From Candidatus Nealsonbacteria bacterium (GTDB lineage Bacteria; Patescibacteriota; Minisyncoccia; Minisyncoccales; PWPS01), in contig PUNQ01000032.1 of assembly GCA_003551845.1 (NCBI GenBank), positions 23,414-87,413 of the forward strand: a stretch of 64,000 nucleotides of DNA. Reading direction: 5' to 3'. Shown in pieces: positions 28,385 through 37,900 of this stretch; the stretch's first letter is position 1; each line of letters opens with the position of its first letter. Below the pieces are notes generated by a model that ran no database searches, was not told where the DNA came from, and saw nothing but the letters and a program-made list of their open reading frames with translations. A program made the position numbers and the translations under genes.

Positions 28385-28867
28385 ATGCAAATTAAAAATT
28401 TATCGGTCGCGGAGAAGTCTTCAAATGAAGTGGGGGCGCTCAATTTTTATTATCGGGGAGAAAAGATAGTTAATTTGTCTGAAACGGTCAGGCCTCTGGA
28501 TACGTTCATTACGGCCGTTCCTCTTTATATAAAGGGGACTGACTCAGTAGTAATCGACATTAAAAAGTACGATCAGGTGATAGTTTCCAATGGCGAAGAA
28601 TTCACCTCGAAGGCTTATGTTATCGGAATGGCTCCACATGAAGGGGAGATTATTGAAAGAAGAATTTCTCTTTCCGAAGCCAAATCGGTAAAAATATTCT
28701 TAGCTCAGCTGAGCAAGAACAAAGATAAAGAAGATATCGGCTTGCGCATTATCGGATTCGGAGTCTTTCATTTGGTTTTATATTATAAAAAAGAAGCGAG
28801 CATGAATTTACAGCGACCGGATTACATGAAAAAAAAGAGGCATTGCTTTAATCGTGACAGCCTATAA
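28385..28867 (+). CDS. Hypothetical protein (160 aa) divergent from the OLD nuclease.
   Basis: ORF with a strong GGGGGTGA Shine-Dalgarno sequence and a consensus promoter; no recognisable domain. Confidence 0.45.
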   Translation: MQIKNLSVAEKSSNEVGALNFYYRGEKIVNLSETVRPLDTFITAVPLYIKGTDSVVIDIKKYDQVIVSNGEEFTSKAYVIGMAPHEGEIIERRISLSEAKSVKIFLAQLSKNKDKEDIGLRIIGFGVFHLVLYYKKEASMNLQRPDYMKKKRHCFNRDSL

Positions 28868-28888
28868 TGGTGGCACCCTCTAAAAATT

Positions 28889-28911
28889 TGCGCCCGGAAG
28901 GGCGCTTTTTC
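28889..28911 (+). terminator. Rho-independent terminator.
   Basis: GCGCCC-GGAA-GGGCGC is followed by TTTTT. Confidence 0.6.
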
Positions 28912-29030
28912 TTATTTTTCCAATTTGCAAAATCAATTTAATTTTTATATACTTACAAGCGAACAGTTGTTAAAATCAAATCAACAAATCAAATAAAATA
29001 AAAGGTCGAATAAATTAAGAAATCGATAAA

Positions 29031-29345
29031 ATGGATAAAAAAACAGTTCTCATAGTGGTCGTATTGGTGATAGCTTTAATTGCTATTTTGGCGGTAGTTT
29101 TCAGTGAACAGGTTGAGGATCCCGAAGATATCGACCCCGATCTCAATGATATAGAAGATCCCTTCGACGACGAAGACTTGGAAGATCCCTTCGACGACGA
29201 AGACTTGGAAGATCCCTTCGACGACGAAGACTTGGAAGATCCCTTAGAGGAGGAGGAAGAAGAGGAAGAAGATGAAGAAGAAGAGGAAGAAGAAGAGGAG
29301 GAAGATGAAGAAGATGAAGAAGAAGAGGAAGAGCTTGAGTACTAA
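29031..29345 (+). CDS. Membrane-anchored, highly acidic repeat protein (EDPFDDEDL x3 plus a poly-Glu tail).
   Basis: An N-terminal TM helix, a 27-bp perfect tandem repeat and a GAA/GAG-rich tail. Confidence 0.5.
   Translation: MDKKTVLIVVVLVIALIAILAVVFSEQVEDPEDIDPDLNDIEDPFDDEDLEDPFDDEDLEDPFDDEDLEDPLEEEEEEEEDEEEEEEEEEEDEEDEEEEEELEY
29145..29237 (+). repeat. Perfect 27-bp tandem repeat (~3.4 copies) within a coding sequence.
   Basis: GAAGATCCCTTCGACGACGAAGACTTG is repeated identically three times with a partial fourth copy, and is followed by a GAA/GAG microsatellite-like tract (29238-29330). Confidence 0.85.
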
Positions 29346-29385
29346 AGAAGCTCAAGGCTTAAATTTGAAAATTTAAAGCACGGTT

Positions 29386-29410
29386 AAACCCCCGTTTCGC
29401 GGGGGTTTTA
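29386..29410 (+). terminator. Rho-independent terminator.
   Basis: AAACCCCCG-TTTC-GCGGGGGTTT. Confidence 0.6.
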
Positions 29411-29497
29411 CTTTGAGTCTATTATGGTATAATAATTAAGAAAAATCATTAAATTATTACGACACAATAATAAAGGTCGCAAAAAAATTACAAAACT

Positions 29498-30274
29498 ATG
29501 AACAACAAAATATTAATAGGAGTCTTGATAATTATTTTGGTTCTTCTCGGAATTTATTTCTTGGCGGAAATTGAAGATGAAGAATTTACGGCGGAAGATG
29601 CACAAAGAATCGCTGAAGAGTGGATTGTTGAAAATGCTGCCACTTATACCGAAAGGGGAGGACGGGATTTGGAATATGGAGATGCGGAAGAAGTAGAGGA
29701 AGGAGTTTATGACGTTTATTTTTCTTTCATGTCCGCCTTCGCCGGGTTCGGCGAGGTTGATGAGGAAGAAGCTTACGCTCAAGTAGAAACTCCTCACGAT
29801 ATCAGGGTTCGAGTCGATTCCGGCGAAGTTACAGAAGCGGTAACCGATGAAATTTTCGATGAAATTTCCGGAGAAATGATTGAAGAAGACGATGAAGATT
29901 TAACTTCGGCTACGGTCGGTCTTTTCTTCGTCGAAGTTGTCGATGATTTGGAGCAAGTTACAGCAGTGGAAAGAGATATTGAACTGATTAACGGAGTTGA
30001 AGAATCCGCGCTGGTTTCTCTTTTGGTAGGAGTTACGGACGAAGAAGAGGGGGCCGGCTATAGTAGCGCAATTCCGGAAGGAACGGAGCTTCTCTCTCTT
30101 GATATCGATGAAGGTTTGGCAACTGCGGATTTCAGTTCGGAAATTGATCCCGGTGGAGGATCGGCTTGGATTATGACCATTCAAGAGCAGGTTGAAAGAA
30201 CACTTCTTCAATTCGAAGAAGTGGAAGAAGTTTTAATTTTGGTGGAAGGTCAAGAAGATCGCCTCCAACCGTAA
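29498..30274 (+). CDS. Hypothetical acidic membrane-anchored protein.
   Basis: An N-terminal TM helix; the rest is E/D-rich. Confidence 0.4.
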   Translation: MNNKILIGVLIIILVLLGIYFLAEIEDEEFTAEDAQRIAEEWIVENAATYTERGGRDLEYGDAEEVEEGVYDVYFSFMSAFAGFGEVDEEEAYAQVETPHDIRVRVDSGEVTEAVTDEIFDEISGEMIEEDDEDLTSATVGLFFVEVVDDLEQVTAVERDIELINGVEESALVSLLVGVTDEEEGAGYSSAIPEGTELLSLDIDEGLATADFSSEIDPGGGSAWIMTIQEQVERTLLQFEEVEEVLILVEGQEDRLQP

Positions 30275-30391
30275 TTATAGCTAATATACGACTCGGAAAA
30301 GAAGGCGAGCCACTTTAATAGTGGCTTGTCTTTGTTTTTCAATATGATAGAATTTCATAATATTCGGAAAAAAAATTTTTTAATAAACACT

Positions 30392-31150
30392 ATGAAAAAC
30401 ACAAAAAAATACTTGTATTTTACGGGAATTTTTTTAATGATTTCTTTAATTTTACTTACTCTTTCGGTTACCATGAATCAGTTGAGCAGGAGGAGTCATG
30501 CGGGACTGGAAAACACTCGATCAATCCAGGTTTCTGCCGAAGATGTAATTTATGAAGTTCCGGACGAGGCGGAAATCGTTTTCACCGTAGTTACCCGGGA
30601 AGAAAGCTATACTGAGGCTACTCGGGAAAACAGTTCTCGGATGGAATCGGTTATTCAACACTTGAAGGAAGAAGGACTGAAAGAAGAAGATTTGAAAACC
30701 GAAAACTTCAGCGTATCTCCGAGATATGAAGAAGTGGAAGAAGGTAGGAGAGTTACTCGGGAAGTGGTCGGATACGAGGTAGAGAATAATTTAAGAGTTA
30801 CCGTTAGAGAGTTGAGTTTGATCGACGGCATCATCGGGGGCGCGATTGATGCCGGAGCCAACAAAGTTTACGGACTTCAATTTTTGGTCAGTAATGAAGA
30901 AGAATTAAAAAAAGAAGTTAGAAGTTCGGCGATAGCCAAAGCCAAAAGTGAGGCCGAAGAGGTGGCCCGAGATTTGGGAGTCGGCTTGGGAAGGGTCTTA
31001 AGCTTTTCCGAATCACAAAGATTTTACCCCCAAAGGGATATTTCTCGAGAGATGGGAATGGAGGTGGCGGAAGAAGCACCGGAAGTTCCCATTGAACCCG
31101 GAGAAACCGAAATAGTAAGTTCGGTAACCGTTACTTTCGAAATTAGATAA
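30392..31150 (+). CDS. SIMPL/DUF541 family protein (periplasmic or membrane-anchored).
   Basis: An N-terminal TM helix precedes a body with the SIMPL-like pattern (ENFSVSPRYEE...GYEVENNLRVTVREL...GANKVYGLQF). The start is at the ATG at 30392. Confidence 0.55.
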   Translation: MKNTKKYLYFTGIFLMISLILLTLSVTMNQLSRRSHAGLENTRSIQVSAEDVIYEVPDEAEIVFTVVTREESYTEATRENSSRMESVIQHLKEEGLKEEDLKTENFSVSPRYEEVEEGRRVTREVVGYEVENNLRVTVRELSLIDGIIGGAIDAGANKVYGLQFLVSNEEELKKEVRSSAIAKAKSEAEEVARDLGVGLGRVLSFSESQRFYPQRDISREMGMEVAEEAPEVPIEPGETEIVSSVTVTFEIR

Positions 31151-32112
31151 TGATTTTAAAAAAAATAAAAGAAGCTTCTCTGATCGGACGTAGTGGAAGC
31201 AGATTTCCGGTTCATGACAAATGGGAATCGTTTTTAAAAAACGGAGGTAGGGGTTATCTGATTTGTAATGCCGCTGAAGGAGAGCCGGGTGCTTTTAAGG
31301 ATAAATTTTTATTGAAGAATGAAATTGATAGAGTTTTTGAGGGGATCGATGTTGTAAATAATTTCTTTCAAATCGAAGATACCTTTTTTTACGTTAAAAA
31401 AAAGTATTACAAACTGTTTAAAGCGGAACTACTTGAGAGATCCAAAAAGAGAGGGGTTAAAATCAAGCTGAAGGAGGATCGATATGTAGCGGGGGAAGAG
31501 ACGGCGGCGATAAGCTCAATTGAAGGAAAGAGAGCGGACCCGAAGGGGAAGCCGCCTTATCCGACCGGGATCGGCTTATGGGGTAAGCCGACCATAGTGC
31601 ATAATCTGGAGACTTTTTATGCTATTTCCGAGATTGCGAAGGATAATTATAACGGAGAAAGATTTTTTTGCATAACGGGAGATGTTTCGAGAGAGGGAGT
31701 TTTTAAACTCAAAGAAGAATTGAGCATAAAAGAGGTTCTTCAAAAGACCGGTAATTATCCCGATTTTGAATTTTTAGTTCAAGCCGGAGGTGGGGCGGGG
31801 GGAATTTTCATCTCGGAAATGAATATCGATCAACCTTGCAACGGGTTGGCGGTTATCGAGGTTTATAAAAAAAATGACTTTGATAAAAATAAAAAGATGA
31901 TTGAGATTTCCAATTTCTTGATGTATGGAAATTGTGACAAGTGTACTCCTTGCAGAGAGGGAATTTATAGAATTAACGAAATGCTAAAAAAAGGATTCGA
32001 CGAAAAAATATTTAACGAATTGCTTTCGGTATTGGAGAAAAGCTCTTATTGTCCTTTGGGAAAAAACGCTTCAAAAGTTTTTAAATCATTGATATCGGTT
32101 GATGAAAATTAA
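31150..32112 (+). CDS. NuoF-like NADH-binding flavoprotein / 4Fe-4S subunit (HydB/HndC-like, short form).
   Basis: An FMN/NADH site (GRSGSRFPVHDKW...CNAAEGEPGAFKDK) and a C-terminal 4Fe-4S site (CDKCTPCREG). At 320 aa it lacks the N-terminal thioredoxin-like domain. Its stop overlaps the hydA start. Confidence 0.6.
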   Translation: MILKKIKEASLIGRSGSRFPVHDKWESFLKNGGRGYLICNAAEGEPGAFKDKFLLKNEIDRVFEGIDVVNNFFQIEDTFFYVKKKYYKLFKAELLERSKKRGVKIKLKEDRYVAGEETAAISSIEGKRADPKGKPPYPTGIGLWGKPTIVHNLETFYAISEIAKDNYNGERFFCITGDVSREGVFKLKEELSIKEVLQKTGNYPDFEFLVQAGGGAGGIFISEMNIDQPCNGLAVIEVYKKNDFDKNKKMIEISNFLMYGNCDKCTPCREGIYRINEMLKKGFDEKIFNELLSVLEKSSYCPLGKNASKVFKSLISVDEN

Positions 32113-33814
32113 ATTAGACGGAAAAACAATTGAGGTCGTCGGAAAAAAGACCATTCTGGAAATCGCCAAAGAGCACGGAGTGGATATTCCTTTTTTATGC
32201 AATCATCCGGATATTTGCGTTACCGGAAGTTGTAGAATTTGTGTAGTGAGAATCAACAATGAAAACCGGTGCAGGTCGGCTTGCGATACGGTAGCGGTGG
32301 AGGGAATGGATATAATCACCTCGGATCCCGAAATCGAAAAAATAAGAAAAACAAATTTGGAACTTCTTTTTTCACAGCACAGAGAGGAATGCGAGGATTG
32401 TGTATGGAATCCGGGATGTAAACTTCTGGAGTTGGCTGAAAAGTATGAAGTCAAAATAAATAAGTACGTGGACAGAAAGGATCACTACCCCGAAATCGGA
32501 TTCGGTGGGATTGTGGAATTCGATTCCTCAAAGTGTATCGATTGCAGAAATTGTATCGAAATTTGTAAAAAACAAAATGTTTCTTTTTTGGAAATGGAAG
32601 GAAAAGGACATCTTTTCGAGGTTGTTCCGGCAAAAGATAGAGCTTGCGTTTATTGTGGCCAATGCATAATTCATTGTCCGGCGGGCTCGTTTGAGAGTGT
32701 CGGTGAATTCGAAGGTGTAGAAGACGCCTTCAAAGGTAGCGGTGATGAAAATATCGTTTTTCAAATAGCTCCCGCTGCCAGAGTGAGTATAAGTGAAGAA
32801 TTCGGACTTGATCCGGGAACCGTTTCAACAGGAAAATTAATCAGCGGATTAAAAAAAGTGGGCGCAGACAAAGTTTTTGATGTATCTTTCGGAGCTGATT
32901 TTACCACCATTGAGGAAGCTAAAGAATTCTTGGAAAAATTCAAAGATGATGATCTGCCACTTTTTACTTCTTGTTGTCCTTCTTGGGTCAGGTTCGTCGA
33001 GTTTTATTATCCACGCTTCGTAGATAATTTGACCACGGTCAGATCTCCTCACATTATTTCGGGAGCAATAATTAAAAGTTTGGCCTCGGATCCCGAAAAA
33101 ACCACGGTTGTTTCCGTCATGCCCTGTGTTTCCAAAAAATATGAAATAAGGCGCGAAGAACTTAAAGTCAACGGGTTGAATCCGGTTGATTACGTTTTAA
33201 CCGTCCGGGAGGTGGGAAGGCTTTTCAGAAATAAAGATATCGATTTTGAAAAATTACCGGATTCTTCTTTTGATGATCCTTTCGGATCGGCTTCCGGTGA
33301 TGCCGTAAGTTACGGAGTTGCGGGAGGGGTGATGGAAGCCGCTTTAAGGCAGGCTTTTTTCATGAAGACCGGAAAAAAAATAAAGGAAAAAAACCTTAAG
33401 GAGCGATCCGATTTCTCTTTTGAATTGGAAGGAAAAGAAATTAAAACTAAAAAAATAAGTGGACTTTCTCAAGCGGTGAAAGTTCTGGAAGGTCTGAAAA
33501 AATATCCGAAACTTTTTGATTATTTGGAATTCATGTCTTGTCCCGGTGGGTGTATCGGTGGTGGTGGTCAACCGATGCCGACAAATGAAGACATAAGAAA
33601 AAAGAGAAGAAAAGGACTGATCAGCACCGGCACAGATAAAAAATGGAAATCAGCTTTTGAAAACGATTCCGTGAGTGAGATTTATAAACAACTCAAATCC
33701 AAAAAAGATATTTTTCACACCTCTTTTCGAGCTGAAAGGAACCCGGAAAATATCAATAAGAAATGGCCGATAAAGAACCGGCTGAAAAGTAAAACCGATG
33801 GTCTGAAAATTTAA
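32099..33814 (+). CDS. hydA: [FeFe]-hydrogenase catalytic subunit HydA.
   Basis: An N-terminal 2Fe-2S ferredoxin domain (CNHPDICVTGSCRIC) and 4Fe-4S ferredoxin motifs precede the H-cluster signatures L1 (TSCCPSW), L2 (MPCVSKKYE) and L3 (EFMSCPGGCIGGGGQP). Confidence 0.85.
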   Translation: MMKIKLDGKTIEVVGKKTILEIAKEHGVDIPFLCNHPDICVTGSCRICVVRINNENRCRSACDTVAVEGMDIITSDPEIEKIRKTNLELLFSQHREECEDCVWNPGCKLLELAEKYEVKINKYVDRKDHYPEIGFGGIVEFDSSKCIDCRNCIEICKKQNVSFLEMEGKGHLFEVVPAKDRACVYCGQCIIHCPAGSFESVGEFEGVEDAFKGSGDENIVFQIAPAARVSISEEFGLDPGTVSTGKLISGLKKVGADKVFDVSFGADFTTIEEAKEFLEKFKDDDLPLFTSCCPSWVRFVEFYYPRFVDNLTTVRSPHIISGAIIKSLASDPEKTTVVSVMPCVSKKYEIRREELKVNGLNPVDYVLTVREVGRLFRNKDIDFEKLPDSSFDDPFGSASGDAVSYGVAGGVMEAALRQAFFMKTGKKIKEKNLKERSDFSFELEGKEIKTKKISGLSQAVKVLEGLKKYPKLFDYLEFMSCPGGCIGGGGQPMPTNEDIRKKRRKGLISTGTDKKWKSAFENDSVSEIYKQLKSKKDIFHTSFRAERNPENINKKWPIKNRLKSKTDGLKI

Positions 33815-33843
33815 AATTCAGCGTCTAATAAAGCGGTTGGTTT

Positions 33844-33867
33844 GGGAGGGCGCTCCTCCCTTTTTTT
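33844..33867 (+). terminator. Rho-independent terminator after hydA.
   Basis: GGGAGG-GCGCT-CCTCCC is followed by TTTTTTT. Confidence 0.6.
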
Positions 33868-33896
33868 ATTAGTTTTATTTTTGCTATAATCAAGCA

Positions 33897-34223
33897 ATGG
33901 TAATGCGATTCAAAGAAATAATTAAAGAAATAGGGGAGGCCGGAAAAAGAACGGAAACGGTTAAGATTTATTATTCGGAAACCGAAACGAAAAAAGAGGG
34001 ATGGAGAGAAGTAGAGCCTTACAGTTTGTCAACGGATATCCCTCCCGACGGTGAATTTTTGGTGTACGGAAAAGATCACATAAGACCGGGGCACATCTTG
34101 AATGCTTATAATGTGGGCTCCGGCGACAAAACGGCCCACTCTTTCATTCTGGGAAAGATAAGAAAAGCTAAGAGAACGGGAAAAAGTTTTGAAGGAAGGG
34201 AAAAGTGGCCGGTTAAATTTTGA
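33897..34223 (+). CDS. Small WYL-like (Sm-fold ligand-binding) domain protein (tentative).
   Basis: The pattern VKIYYSE...GWREVEPYSL...EFLVYGKDH...HSFILGKIRKA resembles the WYL-domain consensus (..Y.s..g..R.veP..l...wyl.a.d...r.Frl.RI). It has its own TATAAT at 33883 and is first in a coupled three-gene unit. Confidence 0.35.
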   Translation: MVMRFKEIIKEIGEAGKRTETVKIYYSETETKKEGWREVEPYSLSTDIPPDGEFLVYGKDHIRPGHILNAYNVGSGDKTAHSFILGKIRKAKRTGKSFEGREKWPVKF

Positions 34224-34227
34224 AAAT

Positions 34228-34914
34228 ATGGATTATGATACAAAAAAACCGGAGGAGGTTGAAGAATTAACTGAAAAAGAAGATAAGAGCTTATTTACCA
34301 AAGTCGGAAAGGCCGTCGTTGCTTTGGTTTTGGCGCTGACTTTAATTTATTTTTCCGGTTTGAGAGAATACTTCTTTTTTGATAGAACCTCTCCGGATTT
34401 GGAGGTCGCCGAGATTGAATCGGCTTTTGAATTGGAAGTCGTGGAGATACCGATTAATGTTCTGATAATACGTGAGCCGGTCTCCGGATCTCAGAGAGAT
34501 TCGGAAGAAGTTGAGATTTTGATCCAAAATACTTCCAATTTGTTAAATCAAGCGGATTTGGAATTAAAAAAAACGAATTTTTATGAGGAGGAGCTCGAAA
34601 GGGAAGAAGTTTCGGAGATCTTAAGTGGCAATTTCCTTTTTTTGGAAAAATTAAGCAATAGGGAAATAAATTTAATTTTAGTGAGGACTTTGAGGGGCCT
34701 CAACGGAGTTGCATACCCGAGCAGAAACACTATCATAATTCCTGACTATACGGCGGGTAGAGATTACAGAACTTTTGCACATGAAGTCGGGCACATTCTG
34801 GGTCTCGGACATGTCGATGATCCGAGATACGTAATGAGTCAGGGAGAGAGAGGAGTTTTGTTTTCGGAAGAAGAAATCATAAAGATGAGACAAATTGCGG
34901 ATGAAAAATTTTAA
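34228..34914 (+). CDS. Membrane-anchored metzincin-type zinc metallopeptidase.
   Basis: HEVGHILGLGH (HExxHxxGxxH) with a downstream Met-turn (YVMS), and an N-terminal TM helix. The gene is 4 nt after the WYL-like gene and overlaps the helicase start by 14 nt. Confidence 0.6.
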   Translation: MDYDTKKPEEVEELTEKEDKSLFTKVGKAVVALVLALTLIYFSGLREYFFFDRTSPDLEVAEIESAFELEVVEIPINVLIIREPVSGSQRDSEEVEILIQNTSNLLNQADLELKKTNFYEEELEREEVSEILSGNFLFLEKLSNREINLILVRTLRGLNGVAYPSRNTIIIPDYTAGRDYRTFAHEVGHILGLGHVDDPRYVMSQGERGVLFSEEEIIKMRQIADEKF

Positions 34915-37900
34915 AAATAGCTATTCCAGACTCAATGAAGAGCAAAAAAGGGCCGTTGACAAGATTGACGGACCTTTAATGGTGGTTGCCGGGCCGGGTT
35001 CGGGGAAAACGGAGCTTTTGGCCGTCAGAGCGGCCAATATAATGAAAAAGAAGGATATTCCGGCCGGGAGCCTGCTTTGCTTAACTTTTACTGATGCAGC
35101 CGCTCTGAACATGAAGGAGAGATTAGCGGATATGATAGGGGACGAAGGCTATAGAGTTCAGGTTTTTACTTTTCACGGTTTTTGTAAAGAGATTATCAAC
35201 AACAACCCGGAATATTTTTATAAGGGAGCTGATTTTGATTTGGCTGATGAAATTGTCAAAACTGAAATTTTGGAAGAAATTTTAGCGGACCTGGATTATG
35301 ACGATCCTTTGAGTGGTCGACATCCTTCTTTGGGGTATGTTTATTTAAAACCTTTGAAAAGAATTATTCCCGAACTTAAGAAAGAAGGAATTACTCCCGT
35401 AGAGATGGAGAGAGCTCTTGAAGCCAATGAAAAAATCATAAAGAAAATAAATCCGCTTATTAGTGATGTCTTCAGTCAAAGAGTGTCCGACTCAATCAGG
35501 ATGGATATAAAAAAGCTGATAGATCAGTTAAAGGATATTGATGCTGATTTTCCGCTGGATCGATATGACCCGTTGAGCAAAGTGATCATCAAATCTTTGG
35601 AAAGAGCGCTTGATGGAGAAAAAACAAAGAAGATAACGGCATGGAAAAATAATTGGACCAAAAAGAAAAACGAAAAGAGAATTTTGAAGGATAATTATTA
35701 TCTGGATAAGCATAAGAGCTTGGCTCGGGTATATGCGAAGTATGAAAAAAAGAAATATGAAAGAGGACTTTATGATTTTTCCGATATGGTTTTGGATGTC
35801 ATAAAGGTTTTGGAGAAAAACGAAAGCCTACGTTACGATCTTCAGGAGAAATATCTATACATAATGGTGGATGAATTCCAAGACACAAGTGGAGTTCAAA
35901 TGAGGCTTATTAAAAATTTAACCGTAGACGAGCCACACGGAAAGCCGAATATTTGTGTGGTAGGCGATGACGACCAAGCCATTTACAGGTTTCAAGGAGC
36001 TGAAATTTCGAACATATTGAATTTCAAAACATCATATGAAGATGTTGAGGTGATTACTTTGAAGAAAAATTACAGGTCGGGACAAAGAATTTTGGATTCG
36101 GCTAAAAAAGTTATCACCCGGGGAGAAGAAAGACTTGAGGCGATATTGGAAGAAGTGGACAAAGATTTGATATCGATGAAAAGCGATGAAGAAGAAACGA
36201 TAGAAGCGAAAAGCTTTAAAACCAAGGAGGAGGAATATTCTCATGTTGCCCGAAAGGTAAAGTCGTTGATTGAAAAGGGAACAGATCCCCGGGAGATAGC
36301 GGTTATGGGCAGAAAGCATAAGATATTGAAAGAGATAGCTCCTTATTTTGCCGATCTTTCGATTCCGGTTTATGCGGAAAGAAAAGTAAACGTATTGGAA
36401 AATGAAGTGGTTCGACAGGTGGTTCGGATAATTCGTTTTGCGGATTATCTTTTAACCGGCGACAAAGATAAGGCGGATGAACTTTTACCTGAAATTTTAA
36501 GTTATCCTTTTTGGGGTTTGGAAAGGAAAAAGGTTTGGAAATTGGCTCGACGATCATATAAAAAAAGAAATTCTTGGTTTGAAGAGATGAAAGGTGACGA
36601 AGATCTTGAGAGGATTCAACTTTTTTTATCCGATTTAGCCCAAAAATCAAAATATAAAACTGCTCGGGAGATGATTGATTTGGTTGTAGGGAATAAAAGT
36701 GGATCTATTCGCAGCCCCCTAAAAAAATATTATTTCGGGGAAGAAAAATTGAAAAAAAATACAGCTGAATATTTTAAATTTTTATCCGCATTGAAAAGAT
36801 TTACCAACGCTCTGGAAAATTACAAAGAAGGCGAATTTTTGAAAGCGGATGATCTGTTGGATTTTTTTGACAGACATTTGGAAAACAATATACCGATAAA
36901 CGATACCAATCCTTTAATTACCGATTCGGAATCCGTTTCTTTAATGACTGCACATAGTGGAAAGGGGAGAGAGTTCGAAGCGGTTTTTATTTTGAGTTGC
37001 CAGCAAGAAATTTGGGCACGGGGAGGTAGAGGTAGAAGATTACCTTTTCCGTCCAACATACCACTTAAAATTTCGGAAACCGAAGATGATCACTTACGAC
37101 TTTTTTATGTAGCTTTGACCAGGGCAAAAAGCTTTCTTTCGATTACTTCTCATCGAAAAAAGCAGAACGGTAGAGGATATTCGTCCCTCGAATTTATCAG
37201 CCATTTCGATTCGGAGGATTCTTCCGCTGAAATAGGGTATGAAGAGATGGAATCTTCAAGAAAAGATTATTATTCTCCACCATTCGAGGTTACCGAAAGG
37301 CAGGTATTGATGCCGCTTGTTTCCGATTACATGCTCAGTCCGACCGGATTGAATAAATATCTTAATGTTGCCGATGAAGGACCGGAAGCTTTTTTGAAAG
37401 ATACCTTACTCAGATTTCCGGCTAAAAAGCATCCGGGTGCAGCCAACGGGACGGCGGTCCACCAAACGATAAGTTGGATCTACAATGAAGTTAAGTCAAA
37501 AGAAAAACCACCCGAAACAGGGGAAGTTTTAGAAATTTTTGAGAAATTTTTGAGAAAGCAGAGGCTGTCTGAAGATAATTTTGAAAAATATCTTAAAAAA
37601 AGCAAAAAAGCTTTGGAAAACTTTTATGAAGAAAGAAAGGAAAGCTTCGATTCGGATCATTTGATTGAAAAGGGGTTTAAAAATCAAGGAGTGGTAATTT
37701 CAGGTCAAAAAATCACCGGAAAGATAGATAAAATAGAGATGGACGGGTCGATTTTGGAGGTGACCGATTTTAAGACGGGTAGCCCGATTGAAAGCTGGAA
37801 TCCCTCCGGCACATATAGTAAAATAAAAGCATGGAAATATAAAAATCAATTGATATTTTATAAGCTACTTATAGAAAACTCCGCTGATTTTAAAGGAGCT

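Noticed and set aside
29145-29330. CRISPR-like regular repeats.
   Set aside because: The repeats are contiguous tandem copies with no spacers, lie in-frame inside a coding sequence, and have no cas genes nearby. This is a coding tandem repeat, not a CRISPR array.
29143-29355. Antisense ORF (70 aa, Leu/Pro/Arg-rich) opposite the acidic repeat gene.
   Set aside because: This is a low-complexity mirror of the GAA/GAG repeat tract and a typical spurious antisense ORF. The same reasoning applies to the other minus-strand ORFs nested inside well-supported genes (e.g. 189-404, 2379-2606, 7573-7890, 12593-13051, 32203-32454).
34189-34227. ORF-track start of the metzincin gene at 34189, which would overlap the WYL-like gene by 35 nt.
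   Set aside because: The internal Met at 34228 (MDYDTKK) gives a 4-nt intergenic gap and is the more parsimonious start. The same logic was applied to mraZ (2228), recR (10653), dnaX (14007), the OLD gene (28293), dfx (41952) and the DUF1295 gene (51937).
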